DNA of 64,000 nucleotides from Ignavibacteriota bacterium (GCA_963801355.1 CAWDEM010000008.1:192001-256000); one strand, 5' to 3'. Shown: positions 45,786-56,093, numbered from the stretch's first letter. Notes: a model not told the origin generated them from the sequence alone. Translations and numbers: made by a program.

Positions 45786-48163
45786 GCGCAATGACCACGA
45801 CTCCGACATCACGCAGCAGACTCGCAAGGCCGGATATCTCACCATCCGATTCCCCGGTGTCAACGGCGCTCTTCTCGGCACGCCGCCTCCTGGAATGCAA
45901 TTCCCTTTTTGCCGAGCACTTCGTCTCCTTCACCGATGGACAGCCCGACGGGCTGTCTCTTTCCGCCTTCGCAGGTTCCCGGAATACCGCGCTTACGAGG
46001 GAAGTTGCACGCATGATCAACAGCACGGACCCCGTGCGTTTTCCGGTCGTCAAGGAAGTGCTGCTTCCCACCCGGGAGGGTGAACGGCGGTTCCTGCTGT
46101 CCGCACTTCCGTCCACGTACGACGGCAAGCGGGTGGTGCGGGTTGTGATACAGGACATCACCCAGTACAGCGACAGGGCGCGGCAGGCGGAAGAAGCTGA
46201 AGCCCGGTACCGGATCTTTGTGGAGTCCGGCAGCATCGCCATTGCACTTGTGCGCGAAGGCGTCTTTGTGTATGTCAACAAAGGATTGCTGGACCTGCTC
46301 GGCTACATGTTCGTCGAAGAAATGGTGGGGAAGGAGGTCCCGCAGTTCTTTGCTGCGCGTGACCGCAAGGCAGTGGCGGAGTACGGACGCAGTAACGAAA
46401 ACGGCACAACACTGCCGCCGTCCATTGAATGTACCGCAGTCCGGAAGGGCGGCTCGCGGGTCCGCGTGCAAATCCGCGCCGAGCTCCTGACCGTCGAAAA
46501 CTCGCCGACCCTCCTGTGGCACTGCCTGGATGTCTCGCCGTGGCGTGATGCTGAAGAGGCGGTCGAGCGGAAGGCGCGCGAGAACGAAATACTCGAGCAC
46601 CTTCTGGATGCCGTCCATCAGTCGGCCGACCGTGCCGGGGTGCAACGTGCCACGCTGGCAGCATCTGTGCGATGGCTCGGCTATGAATGCGGAGCCCTTT
46701 TTGTCCCTGCGGCCAACGGCACATCCCTACTGCTTGAGATGGAGGAACATCTCTCTCCTGCGCTGAAAGAGAAGCTGCAGGAACTTCCCGCTGCGGAAGG
46801 ATTGATGGGGTTCCTGACGAAGACCATGGAACCGGTGCGCCTCACCATTGCCGAGTACCCGGCACATCTTCCGTTCCGCGGCTTGTTTGAAGGCGAGGGG
46901 ATCCATGCCGTTGCATTCCTGCCACTGGTGCATCAGGACACGCTTTCCGGGATTCTGATGTTACTCACTACGAAAGAACATGACGTGCCATCCTACCACG
47001 AGGATTTCCTCGGTGTGTTGGCCCGGCATCTCGGGTTTTCCCTGGCAAAGGCGGCGACCTATCACGCGATCCAGCGTCGGGCAGACTCCTACCAGGACGC
47101 CATCGAGCGGGTGGCGGGAGTTGTCTATGTCGCAGGGGCGAACGGTACATTCCTCTACTGCAGTCCGGTCGTGGAGCGACTGACCGGCTACAAAGTGCGG
47201 GAGATCACTTCGACGCCGGATGCCTGGCGCGCGGCGGTCCATCCCGACGATCGATCCATTGCGGCGGAACGGATCAGCAGGCAGGCCGGCACACAGGACG
47301 AGTTTGTTCTGGAGTACCGCATGTTGCCCAAGGGGAAGGCGTCGTATATACGGGTTCGCGATGCGGTGCGGTATCTCCGCGCGGAGGATGGGACCGTGCA
47401 TGCGATGTACGGACTCGTCACGGACATCGCCGATCCTCAGGCGATCCGGCAAGCGATGCAGCCCGTGCCGGAGTCACGTGCGTCACGCAGCGACGGTATG
47501 GACGAGTTTGTCCATGTTGTCTCGCACGATCTGAAGGAACCATTGATCACCATCGCCGGTTATACTAAGCTCCTGCTCGATGACGGTGACGCGGCATTGA
47601 ATGAGGAAAGCAGAGAGCAGTTGCAGGCCGTGATGCGGTCCAGCGTGCGCATGAAACAGCTTATCGATGATCTGCTCACCCTCTCGCGGATCGGCCGCGT
47701 GCCGGCAAGCCAAAAGATGGTCCCTGTCGGCGCATTGCTGGAGGATCTGGTACTCGACCTGGAGTATTTCCTCCGGGATCGGCGGGCCCGTGTGGAATTG
47801 TCACCGACGCTTCCATCCGTCCGGTGCGATCCAACAGAACTGGGAATCGTCTTCCGCAATCTCATTGTGAACGGTGTGCTCCATAACGTGCAGGAACTGC
47901 CGATGGTACGGGTCGAGGCAACTGAGGATGGAGGTGGAGTCACATTCGCGGTGACTGACAACGGTGTCGGCATCGATCCGGCGGATGCCGATCGGGTGTT
48001 TGCAATCTTCCAACGCTTGCAACCAGCGGACGATCGCCCGGGCACAGGCGCGGGTCTGACGATCGTCAAGAAAGTTGTCGAGGGCTTCGGGGGAAGAATC
48101 TGGTTTGAATCCACGCCGGATGTCGGCTCAACCTTCTTCTTCACGGTGCCGTCCAATGGATGA
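45782..48163 (+). CDS. Cytoplasmic PAS-GAF-PAS sensor histidine kinase
   Basis: PAS (YVNKGLLDLLGY; VHPDDR), GAF (FLPLVHQDTLSGIL), H-box VSHDLKEPL, N-box FRNLIVNG, DNGVGI, GTGAGLTIV, GSTFFFTVP. Confidence 0.92.
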   Translation: MSAMTTTPTSRSRLARPDISPSDSPVSTALFSARRLLECNSLFAEHFVSFTDGQPDGLSLSAFAGSRNTALTREVARMINSTDPVRFPVVKEVLLPTREGERRFLLSALPSTYDGKRVVRVVIQDITQYSDRARQAEEAEARYRIFVESGSIAIALVREGVFVYVNKGLLDLLGYMFVEEMVGKEVPQFFAARDRKAVAEYGRSNENGTTLPPSIECTAVRKGGSRVRVQIRAELLTVENSPTLLWHCLDVSPWRDAEEAVERKARENEILEHLLDAVHQSADRAGVQRATLAASVRWLGYECGALFVPAANGTSLLLEMEEHLSPALKEKLQELPAAEGLMGFLTKTMEPVRLTIAEYPAHLPFRGLFEGEGIHAVAFLPLVHQDTLSGILMLLTTKEHDVPSYHEDFLGVLARHLGFSLAKAATYHAIQRRADSYQDAIERVAGVVYVAGANGTFLYCSPVVERLTGYKVREITSTPDAWRAAVHPDDRSIAAERISRQAGTQDEFVLEYRMLPKGKASYIRVRDAVRYLRAEDGTVHAMYGLVTDIADPQAIRQAMQPVPESRASRSDGMDEFVHVVSHDLKEPLITIAGYTKLLLDDGDAALNEESREQLQAVMRSSVRMKQLIDDLLTLSRIGRVPASQKMVPVGALLEDLVLDLEYFLRDRRARVELSPTLPSVRCDPTELGIVFRNLIVNGVLHNVQELPMVRVEATEDGGGVTFAVTDNGVGIDPADADRVFAIFQRLQPADDRPGTGAGLTIVKKVVEGFGGRIWFESTPDVGSTFFFTVPSNG

Positions 48164-48851
48164 AAAGACCACTGTCCGCCTGCTCCTTGTTGAGGACAAC
48201 AAGGATTTTGCCCACCTCGTCCAGCTCTTCCTGAGACGGCATAGCGGAGCGGCGTTCGAAGTCCGCTGGGCCGCGAATGGACGCGATGCGTTGAAGGAAA
48301 TCGAAGCCGATGCCGATCTGGATGTCATTCTCATGGACTACTTTCTCCCCGGAAAGAACGGCCTGGATGTCACGCGCGAAATCCGGGAGCGGGGGATCCT
48401 CATCCCTGTGGTGTTTCTGACCGTCAACAAAGACTTTGACCTTGCCGTGGAAGTGCTGAAGCTCGGCGTTGAAGACTATCTCGTTAAGGAGGAGATCTCG
48501 ACCCCCGTGCTGCCCAAGACCATCCTGAGTGTCATTGAACGGCAGACCTTGCGCGACGAGTTGACGGAGCTGGAGATATCCCGGAAGCGTTTGCAGGTGA
48601 TTCAGGAGCTTGTCGTGAAGATCATCGGAGAACTCCGCGCGCCGATGTCCGGAATGCGGAAGGGTGTTGACGGGCTGCTTGAGGTCCATGGTGAAGACAA
48701 TCTGCGCGCGTATCTCGTCATCATCCGGGACAACCTGATCCGGATGGAAAGAAAGATGGTGCGGTTGGGCGAACTCAGGACGGACAGGACCATTCCCTAC
48801 GTCAGGGATATCCGGATGTTTGATCTCTCGGAGGAGGCGCCCCAGCAATGA
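48156..48851 (+). CDS. Response regulator: receiver plus degenerate HisKA-like coiled coil
   Basis: LLVEDN, ILMDYFLPGKNG, VFLT, DYLVK; C-terminal IIGELRAPM. Confidence 0.88.
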   Translation: MDEKTTVRLLLVEDNKDFAHLVQLFLRRHSGAAFEVRWAANGRDALKEIEADADLDVILMDYFLPGKNGLDVTREIRERGILIPVVFLTVNKDFDLAVEVLKLGVEDYLVKEEISTPVLPKTILSVIERQTLRDELTELEISRKRLQVIQELVVKIIGELRAPMSGMRKGVDGLLEVHGEDNLRAYLVIIRDNLIRMERKMVRLGELRTDRTIPYVRDIRMFDLSEEAPQQ

Positions 48852-49696
48852 AGTGCAGGATAGCGGTCGCGCAGATTGATGCGGTCCTGGGTGATCCGTC
48901 CAAGAACATCGCGATCCATTGCGAAGCAGCGGAGCGTGCACGGCAGGCCGGTGCACAGATGGTGCTTTTCCCGGAGTTGAGCCTCACCGGGTATTCTGTG
49001 AAGGATCTCAACTGGGATCTCGCGATTCGCACCGTTGCGCCGCCTGATGTCTATGCCCCGCTGTTGGAGCTGAGCCGTGGCATCAGCATCGTTGCGGGCG
49101 GAATTGAAGAAGGCGATTCGTTCGGTATTTACAACTCAGCATTCCTGTGTGAGGACGGCCGCATGCGCTCCGTGCACCGGAAGGTGTATCCGCCGACGTA
49201 CGGGATGTTTGAGGAGATGCGGTATTTCAGCCGGGGGGATGTGGTCCGTGCGGTTGACACGCGCATCGGCAGGATCGGCGTGCTTGTATGCGAAGATCTC
49301 TGGCATATTGCTCTGCCGTATCTTCTCATGCTGGATGGGGCAGAGATGGTTGTGTCGCTGACGGCGAGTCCCACGCGTCTTGGCGGGGATGCGGGATCGC
49401 TACGGTCTGCTGATGCCCTCGGCGAGCATCACCGCACGTACGCCCGGCTGCTCTCGGTGTACCTGGCGTTCTGCAATCGCGTGGGGTTCGAAGACGGCGT
49501 GAATTTCTTCGGCGGTTCGGAAGTGATCGGCCCGGCGGGCGATGTCAAGGTGAAAGCACGGTTATTCGAGCCGGATCTTCTTTTTGCGGACCTGGACGAC
49601 AACGAGATACGGCGCGCTCGCCGTTTTTCCCGTCATACGCTCGATGACGATCCGGCGCTGGTGATGCGTGAGCTCGCGCGGCTGCTCGCGCGCTGA
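48848..49696 (+). CDS. Carbon-nitrogen hydrolase (stand-alone NadE-glutaminase-like nitrilase fold)
   Basis: Triad motifs FPELSLTGY, HRKVYPPTYGMFEE.RYF, VCEDLWH, NRVGFEDG. Confidence 0.88.
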   Translation: MKCRIAVAQIDAVLGDPSKNIAIHCEAAERARQAGAQMVLFPELSLTGYSVKDLNWDLAIRTVAPPDVYAPLLELSRGISIVAGGIEEGDSFGIYNSAFLCEDGRMRSVHRKVYPPTYGMFEEMRYFSRGDVVRAVDTRIGRIGVLVCEDLWHIALPYLLMLDGAEMVVSLTASPTRLGGDAGSLRSADALGEHHRTYARLLSVYLAFCNRVGFEDGVNFFGGSEVIGPAGDVKVKARLFEPDLLFADLDDNEIRRARRFSRHTLDDDPALVMRELARLLAR

Positions 49697-49708
49697 CATC
49701 CGGACTGC

Positions 49709-50410
49709 TCAGATGCCCAGGAACAACCTCTGGGCAAGGTAGTCCGGCAACCGTGCAGCAAGTATTGCGGAGGCCGTGGTTTCGATATTGTAGTCAACCC
49801 GCATGACTTCAAACGTCGCAGCCGTCGTATCAAGCAGCCCGAATGAAATCCGGGGGTTTCCATCGCGTGCCTGTCCCACACTTCCAACGTTGATCAGGTA
49901 CCGCAGCCCATCCCGGAACGTGTTGACGGAGCCGTCTTCTCCAACGATGACGGGGATGTGTGTGTGGCCGATAAAGCAGATGCGCGTGCTGAACGCCATG
50001 AAGCAGCGTTCGGCGTCCGGCCATGCAAAGATGTACCGCCAGTCTTCAGGGTTCAGGGGGGAAGCATGAGCAAGCGTGATGTCGTCCACCACCCGCAGCA
50101 TGGGCAACCCGCGGAGATACTCCACGTTGGCTTGTGTCAGATGCGTTCTTGTCCACCGGATGGCGCTCTTACCATAGATATTGAAGTGGTCAAGCGGCAA
50201 TTCGTCAATTGCGCCGCTGTCGTGGTTGCCTTTGACGACAGCTGAGCACCGTTCCTGGACAATTTGGATGCACTCGTTTGGCGACGGCCCGTAGCCGACA
50301 ATGTCTCCTAAACAGTACACCCGGTCAACGGAGAGACGGTCAATAACCTCGAAGGTCCGCTGGAGGGCCGTAAGATTGGAGTGAATATCTGATATAACGG
50401 CTATCCGCAT
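49709..50410 (-). CDS. Metallophosphoesterase (YfcE/calcineurin-like)
   Basis: ISDIHSN, LGDIVGYG, GNHD, GHTH, NVGSVGQ.RDG. Confidence 0.93.
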   Translation of the reverse strand: MRIAVISDIHSNLTALQRTFEVIDRLSVDRVYCLGDIVGYGPSPNECIQIVQERCSAVVKGNHDSGAIDELPLDHFNIYGKSAIRWTRTHLTQANVEYLRGLPMLRVVDDITLAHASPLNPEDWRYIFAWPDAERCFMAFSTRICFIGHTHIPVIVGEDGSVNTFRDGLRYLINVGSVGQARDGNPRISFGLLDTTAATFEVMRVDYNIETTASAILAARLPDYLAQRLFLGI

Positions 50411-50473
50411 GGCCCAATTCGTTTAGACTTGAAAATCTACGAAAAAATGACATATATGCAAACACAATTACAC

Positions 50474-51496
50474 ATGCCATTCAACCGGGACATACTCGCG
50501 CTTGATGCGAGGGGAGAGGCGCTGCGTATCACAGAGCGCGTTCGCACACAGGTGTTTCACGTGCTCCACAAGCGCGGAGTGGTTGTGGCCGTCTCAGGCG
50601 GGCTGGACAGTGCTACCTGTGCTGCGCTGTCGGCTCTCGCGGTCGGGAAAAGTCATGTGCTGGCCCTCCTCCTCCCTGACCGGCATTCCTCGATCGACTC
50701 CACACGCCTGGGCAATGAGCTGGCGGGAGCCCTCGGCATTGAAGTTCTCACCCGGGATATCACCCCTCTCCTTGAATCCGCGGGATGCTATCGAACACAA
50801 CTGGAGGTGGTACGATCTGTTTTCCCTGAGGCTACGCCGGAGTGGACATTCAAGATCACGCTCCCCTCGTTGCTGGATCAGGAACGGTTGAACATGCCAC
50901 GATTGACCGTGCAGACGCCCCGGGGTGAAATGCATACCCAGCGCCTCAACCACAGCGACTATCTCACACTCGTCGCAGCCACGAACTTCAAGCAGCGTAT
51001 CAGAACGATGCTTGCCTATTTCCATGCCGACGCCCGCAATTTTGCAGTGTGCGGCACACCCAACCGGCTGGAATACGATCAGGGCTTTTTTGTCAAAGGG
51101 GGCGACGGGCTGGCGGACTTCAAGCCGATCGCGCATCTGTACAAGGCGCAGGTGCGCGCAGTTGCGTCGGCGGTGGGGGTTCCTGAGGAAATCATTGCGC
51201 GCACACCGACCACGGATACATTCCCGCTCAGCCAGGGACAGGATGAATTCTATTTTGGGGTTCCGCATGACCTGATGGATCTCTGCCTGTATGGATGCAA
51301 CAACGGGTATCCTGCGGCCGAGGTCGCGGCTGCCCTTCAACTCAACCCCACTGTTGTCGAGCGGGTCTATCGGGAAATCACCGGCAAGCGTCGCACGACA
51401 TTGCCTCTTCATCTCCCTGCACTCCTGGTGGATGAAGTCACCGAAATCAAGCTCATGGAGGATCAGGCCCTGTGTGCGGCATCGCCGGAATCATAA
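50474..51496 (+). CDS. nadE: NAD+ synthetase (NadE)-like ATP pyrophosphatase with an internal insertion (start 50456 or 50474)
   Basis: PP-loop SGGLDS, NFKQRIR, GTPNRLE..GFFVKGGDG, PIAHLYK.QV, PTTD..QDE. Confidence 0.8.
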   Translation: MPFNRDILALDARGEALRITERVRTQVFHVLHKRGVVVAVSGGLDSATCAALSALAVGKSHVLALLLPDRHSSIDSTRLGNELAGALGIEVLTRDITPLLESAGCYRTQLEVVRSVFPEATPEWTFKITLPSLLDQERLNMPRLTVQTPRGEMHTQRLNHSDYLTLVAATNFKQRIRTMLAYFHADARNFAVCGTPNRLEYDQGFFVKGGDGLADFKPIAHLYKAQVRAVASAVGVPEEIIARTPTTDTFPLSQGQDEFYFGVPHDLMDLCLYGCNNGYPAAEVAAALQLNPTVVERVYREITGKRRTTLPLHLPALLVDEVTEIKLMEDQALCAASPES

Positions 51497-53473
51497 ATTT
51501 CGGTGACCAGCGCCCTCCACCGGATCTTGACCGGCTCCGGGGGATGGCGCGGGCACTCCGTCACCGTGGGCCCGACGACTCGGCGATCTACAGGGACCGG
51601 CGGGCCGGGCTGGTACATACCCGGCTATCGATTATTGATCTCACGACCGGTGCGCAGCCTCTCGCGAATCAAGACGAATCACTCTGGATCGTCTACAACG
51701 GCGAGCTGTTCAACTATATCGAGATCAAACGTGATCTTGAAGCCGCCGGCCACGTGTTTCGCACGCGGTCGGATACGGAGGTCGTCCTTCATGCGTATGA
51801 AGAGTACGGCATCGATTGTTTTACCCGTTTCAACGGACAGTGGGCACTGGCCATCTGGAATGTGCGCGAAGGTTCGACTCCTTCTGGCCCGTGACCGCAT
51901 GGGGGTCCGGCCGTTGTTCTTCCATGTGAGCAATAACCGCCTCTGGTTTGCCAGCGAGGTAAAGGCGTTGTTCGCCGACAATGAGGTGCCGCGGACTTTT
52001 TCGTCTTACGGGTTGAATCAGGTGTTCACATTCTGGAGCACGGTGGCGCCTGCGACCGTGTTTGAGGGAGTGAAGCAACTCCGTCCCGGGACCGTGCGCA
52101 TCTATCAGCGCGCTGGCACGTTCAGCCAGAAGTGCGTCTGGGCTCCTGCGTTTGCCGGGGATCAGGCGTCGTCACGCATGCCGTTACGCGATGCCGCCGA
52201 ACGGCTCAAGGAGCGGCTGGTTGAGGCAACGACGCTCAGGCTCACCCGCGCGGATGTGCCGGTCGGGAGTTACCTTTCGGGTGGACTTGACAGTTCGGTG
52301 GTCGCTTCGCTCGGATTGGCGGCGCATCCCGCCGACTACCGCACCTATTCGGTGCGCTTTGCCGATGCCGAGTTCGATGAATCATACTACCAGCGAATGA
52401 TGGCGCGGCACCTGGGAAGCACTCACAGGGAAATCGCAGTGACGCGTTCCGACATTGCGCGCGTGTTTCCTGAGGTGATACGCCACACGGAGGCGCCGGT
52501 CCTTCGGACCGCCCCGGCACCGATGTACATTCTTTCCGGTCTTGTCAGAGAGGACGGCATCAAGGCGGTGTTGACGGGGGAGGGAGCTGACGAGCTACTG
52601 GCCGGCTATGACCTCTTCCGTGAATCGGAAATCAGAAGATTCTGGGGACGCGCGCCGGAGTCCGCCGTGCGGCCGCTTCTCTTCCAGCGGCTTTATCCGT
52701 ATCTTGCACGATCGCCGCAGTCCGCACAGGCGCTGGCCCACAATTTCTGGAAGCAGGGGATTGACCGCACGGACATTGCGTGGTTTTCCCACGAGCCACG
52801 CTGGCGCACGACGATGCAACTCCGGAGATTTCTGCGTCCGGAATTCCGTTCCGTCGAACCGGAGGCGGAGTTCATCGAAGGTGCAGTGCCTTTGCCCGGG
52901 AAGATTTCACAATGGGGATCTCTGGAACGCGCCCAGTACATTGAGATCGTCACTCTCCTCTCGGGATATCTCCTTTCTTCGCAAGGAGACCGGATGCTCA
53001 TGGCACATTCGGTGGAGGGACGGTTTCCGTTTCTGGATGCCGGAGTGATCGACTTTTGTCTTGCGCTTCCTTCAACGCATAAGCTGACCGGTCTCAGGGA
53101 AAAAGTCATTTTGAAAACTCTTGCTCACGGCGTCATTCCGGAAGAAATCATCAACAGGCCGAAACAGCCTTACAGGGCCCCCGACGCGCTGAGTTTTCTT
53201 GTCGATGCGCCGGAGTATGTCGCCGAGATGCTGTCCCCGGAATCGTTGGACAGTGTGGGCGTGTTCGACACCAGGACTGTTACGATGCTCCACGAAAAAT
53301 GCCGCCGGGTCGTCCGGGAACAGGGAAACGACGCGCTGCTGAGCAACACCGACAACATGGGACTGGTGGGAATTCTCTCAACGCAACTGCTGCATCACGA
53401 AATTCTCAGGGGGGGGAATGCGGCCCCTACGCAAGACCGCACGATACCAGAGCGACTCATCGAAAAAACATGA
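51472..53473 (+). pseudogene. asnB: Asparagine synthase (glutamine-hydrolysing) AsnB-like gene with a single +1 frameshift near 51873 (true lesion or assembly error)
   Basis: Frame A: MCGIAG, HRGPD, RLSIID, YNGELFN, SDTEV, NGQWA. Frame B continues RLLLARDRMGVRPL, YLSGGLDSS, LTGEGADE, DRMLMAHSVEGRFPFLD. Removing one T in gaa ggt t cga joins the two. Confidence 0.88.
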
Positions 53474-53733
53474 ATCCAACACACGGTGAAATCCGGACCG
53501 CTGTACTGCGGTTCCTCCAAACGAACCTTCTGTTTGATGAAACCCGGCAGATTCCCGATGCGCAATCCCTGCTCGGCGCAGGCATCGTGGATTCCACGGG
53601 GATACTCGAGTTGATAGGCTTTCTGGAGCAGACGTACGACGTGAAATTTCGTGATGATGAGCTTGTGGCTGAGAACTTCGATTCGCTGGGTGCGATCACT
53701 TCCTTCATGTCTGCAAAACTGAGCGGCACATGA
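53470..53733 (+). CDS. Acyl carrier protein
   Basis: 87 aa, acidic; phosphopantetheine site GIVDSTGILELI; ENFDSL; ATGA overlap with asnB. Confidence 0.92.
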   Translation: MNPTHGEIRTAVLRFLQTNLLFDETRQIPDAQSLLGAGIVDSTGILELIGFLEQTYDVKFRDDELVAENFDSLGAITSFMSAKLSGT

Positions 53734-53769
53734 TCTTCCGGAGTCCGGGGGAAGGCGGAGGAACAGTCC

Positions 53770-55290
53770 ATGCTACTTCATAACTATCTCTCTTACGCGG
53801 CGCAACAGCATCCGAAGAAGACAGCGCTCGTGGCGGGTGGCGGGCGGTGGACGTATCACACCCTGGATGAGCACGCATCTGCAATAGCGGGGCATCTTCA
53901 TGCCCGCGGGCTTGTTCGGGGTGATCGGGTAGCGGTGTATCTGGAGAATAATGTCGAAGAGGTCGCTGCGATTTTTGGTGTGCTGCGTGCCGGCGGGTGT
54001 ATCGTGGTCGTCAATCCGACGACACAGGTTGATCGCCTCGGCTTCATCCTGTCACACTGCGGGGCACGGTTTCTGATCGCACCGGTGGACAAAAAGGGCC
54101 TGGTGTTGCGTGCGATCGAGCAGGGAGCGGGGTCGGCGGAGGTCATATGGGTAGGAGGTGCCCCCCCTGAAGGGAAGGGTGTGTCGTTTGATGATTTTTT
54201 GAAGCCGCTGAAAGCGGTCACGCTGCCACGGGTTATTGACGAAGATCTTGCCTCCATTATCTACACCTCGGGTTCTACCGGTAAGCCGAAGGGGGTGACG
54301 CACCTCCACCGGACCATTGATGTTGCCGTCGACTCCATCATCGAGTATCTCGGGAACAATGATGAAGACGTCATCCTGGACGTGCTTCCGCTCTCGTCCA
54401 GCTACGGGCTCCTGCAGCTGCTTGTCACTGTGAAAACCTGCGCGCGGTTGGTGTTGGAGAAGGGGATCGGATACCCGTTTGAAATCATCAAGAAGATTCG
54501 TGAGGAAAGGGTAACCGGCATGGCCGGGGCGCCGACCGTCTGGGCGATACTCCTGAAGCTGGAGAACATAAGACCGTCTGATGTCGCCTCATTACGGTTT
54601 ATCACGAACGCGGCGGCGGCCTTGCCTGCCAGTTTCGTGCCACGTCTGCGGGCTGCGTTTCCGAAAACGAAGCTCTTTCTCATGCACGGGCTGACGGAAT
54701 GTCTCCGCACAACGTACCTCCCGCCGGATCAACTCGACACCCGTCCGACATCTGTGGGCACGGGCATGCCCAATGTGGAGCTCTGGGTGCAGGATGCGAA
54801 CGGTAACCGTCTCCCGCCGGGGGTTCCGGGCGAGATGGTGGTGCGCGGATCGAACATCATGGCCGGATACTGGGGTGATCCCGAGGCAACGGCCAGGATG
54901 ATTCTCCCCGGGCGCTATCCCTGGGAGCGCATTCTCCGGACAGGCGATCTGTTCAGGTCCGATGAAGAAGGGTACTTCTATTTCGTTGCCCGCAGCGACG
55001 AACTCATCAAGAGCCGGGGCGAAAAGGTCAGTCCGATCGAAGTGGAAGACGTCGTCTACCAGATGCCGGAGGTGCTGGAAGTCCGGGTCATCGGTGTTCC
55101 CGACCAGGTGCTCGGTCAGGCGATCCGTGCAGAAATCGTTCTCAAGGACGGACAGCAGTTAAGCGTGCAGCACGTGAAGGCGCATTGCCACAAGCACCTG
55201 GAAGATTTCAAAGTGCCGCATCAGGTGGAGTTCGTTGCGAGCCTCCCGAAGACGCAGGGGGGGAAAATCAAACGGTCGACGGAATCATGA
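53770..55290 (+). CDS. Class I adenylate-forming enzyme (acyl/aminoacyl-ACP ligase-like)
   Basis: YTSGSTGKPKG, HGLTEC, TGDL, RSDELIK, LPKTQGGKI. Confidence 0.92.
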   Translation: MLLHNYLSYAAQQHPKKTALVAGGGRWTYHTLDEHASAIAGHLHARGLVRGDRVAVYLENNVEEVAAIFGVLRAGGCIVVVNPTTQVDRLGFILSHCGARFLIAPVDKKGLVLRAIEQGAGSAEVIWVGGAPPEGKGVSFDDFLKPLKAVTLPRVIDEDLASIIYTSGSTGKPKGVTHLHRTIDVAVDSIIEYLGNNDEDVILDVLPLSSSYGLLQLLVTVKTCARLVLEKGIGYPFEIIKKIREERVTGMAGAPTVWAILLKLENIRPSDVASLRFITNAAAALPASFVPRLRAAFPKTKLFLMHGLTECLRTTYLPPDQLDTRPTSVGTGMPNVELWVQDANGNRLPPGVPGEMVVRGSNIMAGYWGDPEATARMILPGRYPWERILRTGDLFRSDEEGYFYFVARSDELIKSRGEKVSPIEVEDVVYQMPEVLEVRVIGVPDQVLGQAIRAEIVLKDGQQLSVQHVKAHCHKHLEDFKVPHQVEFVASLPKTQGGKIKRSTES

Positions 55291-56093
55291 AATACTGTCT
55301 CATATGCGCGGTGCTTCTCCTCTCCGGCTGCCGGGGAGATTCGCCGCAGGAAGGTCCATTGAATATGAAGGGCGACGTGTCTGCCGATCTTGCCGCGGTG
55401 AAAACGATGCGGGTATTCTTCGGGCATCAATCGGTGGGGAAAAACCTTCTGGACGGTTTGCTGGAAATCGCCCGGTCGCGGGGTGATTCGGTCCAGATTG
55501 CCGCACTCTCTGCCGATGGCATGCCTGCGGCTGCCGGCATCGCTCATGCATACATTGGCCAGAATCAGGACCCCGGGTCGAAGTGCGATTCCTTCCTGTC
55601 GACGGTGACACGGATCGCCGGTAACGAGCCTGATGTTGTCTCTATGAAATTCTGCTATGTGGATATTGAAGAACGGAGCGACCCGCAAGCAATATTTGAC
55701 CGGTACCGGAAAACGATAGAAGGGGTCCGGGAGGCTGCTCCCCGCGCCAGGATCCTGCACATGACTGCTCCTCTGACTGCCCGGACTCCAACCTGGAAAC
55801 AGTTGGTGAAGAGGCTTCTGGGTCGTGGCGGTTCGGGGGATGAGGCGGCGAAGATGCGGGCGCAGTTCAACCGGTTGATGCGGGAGGGGTTTCCGGGGGA
55901 TGGGCTCTTCGACCTGGCCCGCTATGAGTCGACATTTCCCGATGGCCGGCGTCACACGGTTGACATCGACGGTACCGAAGCAGAGTTCCTGGTGGATGAG
56001 TACACGAGTGATGGCGGGCATTTGAACGAGCGGGGGCGCAGTGCGGTAAGTGGAGAGCTGCTGCATGTTCTGGCATCGATGAAACTTCGCTAA
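55287..56093 (+). CDS. SGNH/GDSL-like lipoprotein
   Basis: Lipobox LSGC; VFFGHQSVG (block I-like Ser), MKFCYVD, catalytic DGGHLN; ATGA overlap with the ligase. Confidence 0.7.
   Translation: MKYCLICAVLLLSGCRGDSPQEGPLNMKGDVSADLAAVKTMRVFFGHQSVGKNLLDGLLEIARSRGDSVQIAALSADGMPAAAGIAHAYIGQNQDPGSKCDSFLSTVTRIAGNEPDVVSMKFCYVDIEERSDPQAIFDRYRKTIEGVREAAPRARILHMTAPLTARTPTWKQLVKRLLGRGGSGDEAAKMRAQFNRLMREGFPGDGLFDLARYESTFPDGRRHTVDIDGTEAEFLVDEYTSDGGHLNERGRSAVSGELLHVLASMKLR

Noticed and set aside
51860-51895. Programmed ribosomal frameshift in asnB
   Set aside because: No slippery heptamer, homopolymer or evident stimulatory structure; a simple indel is more parsimonious.
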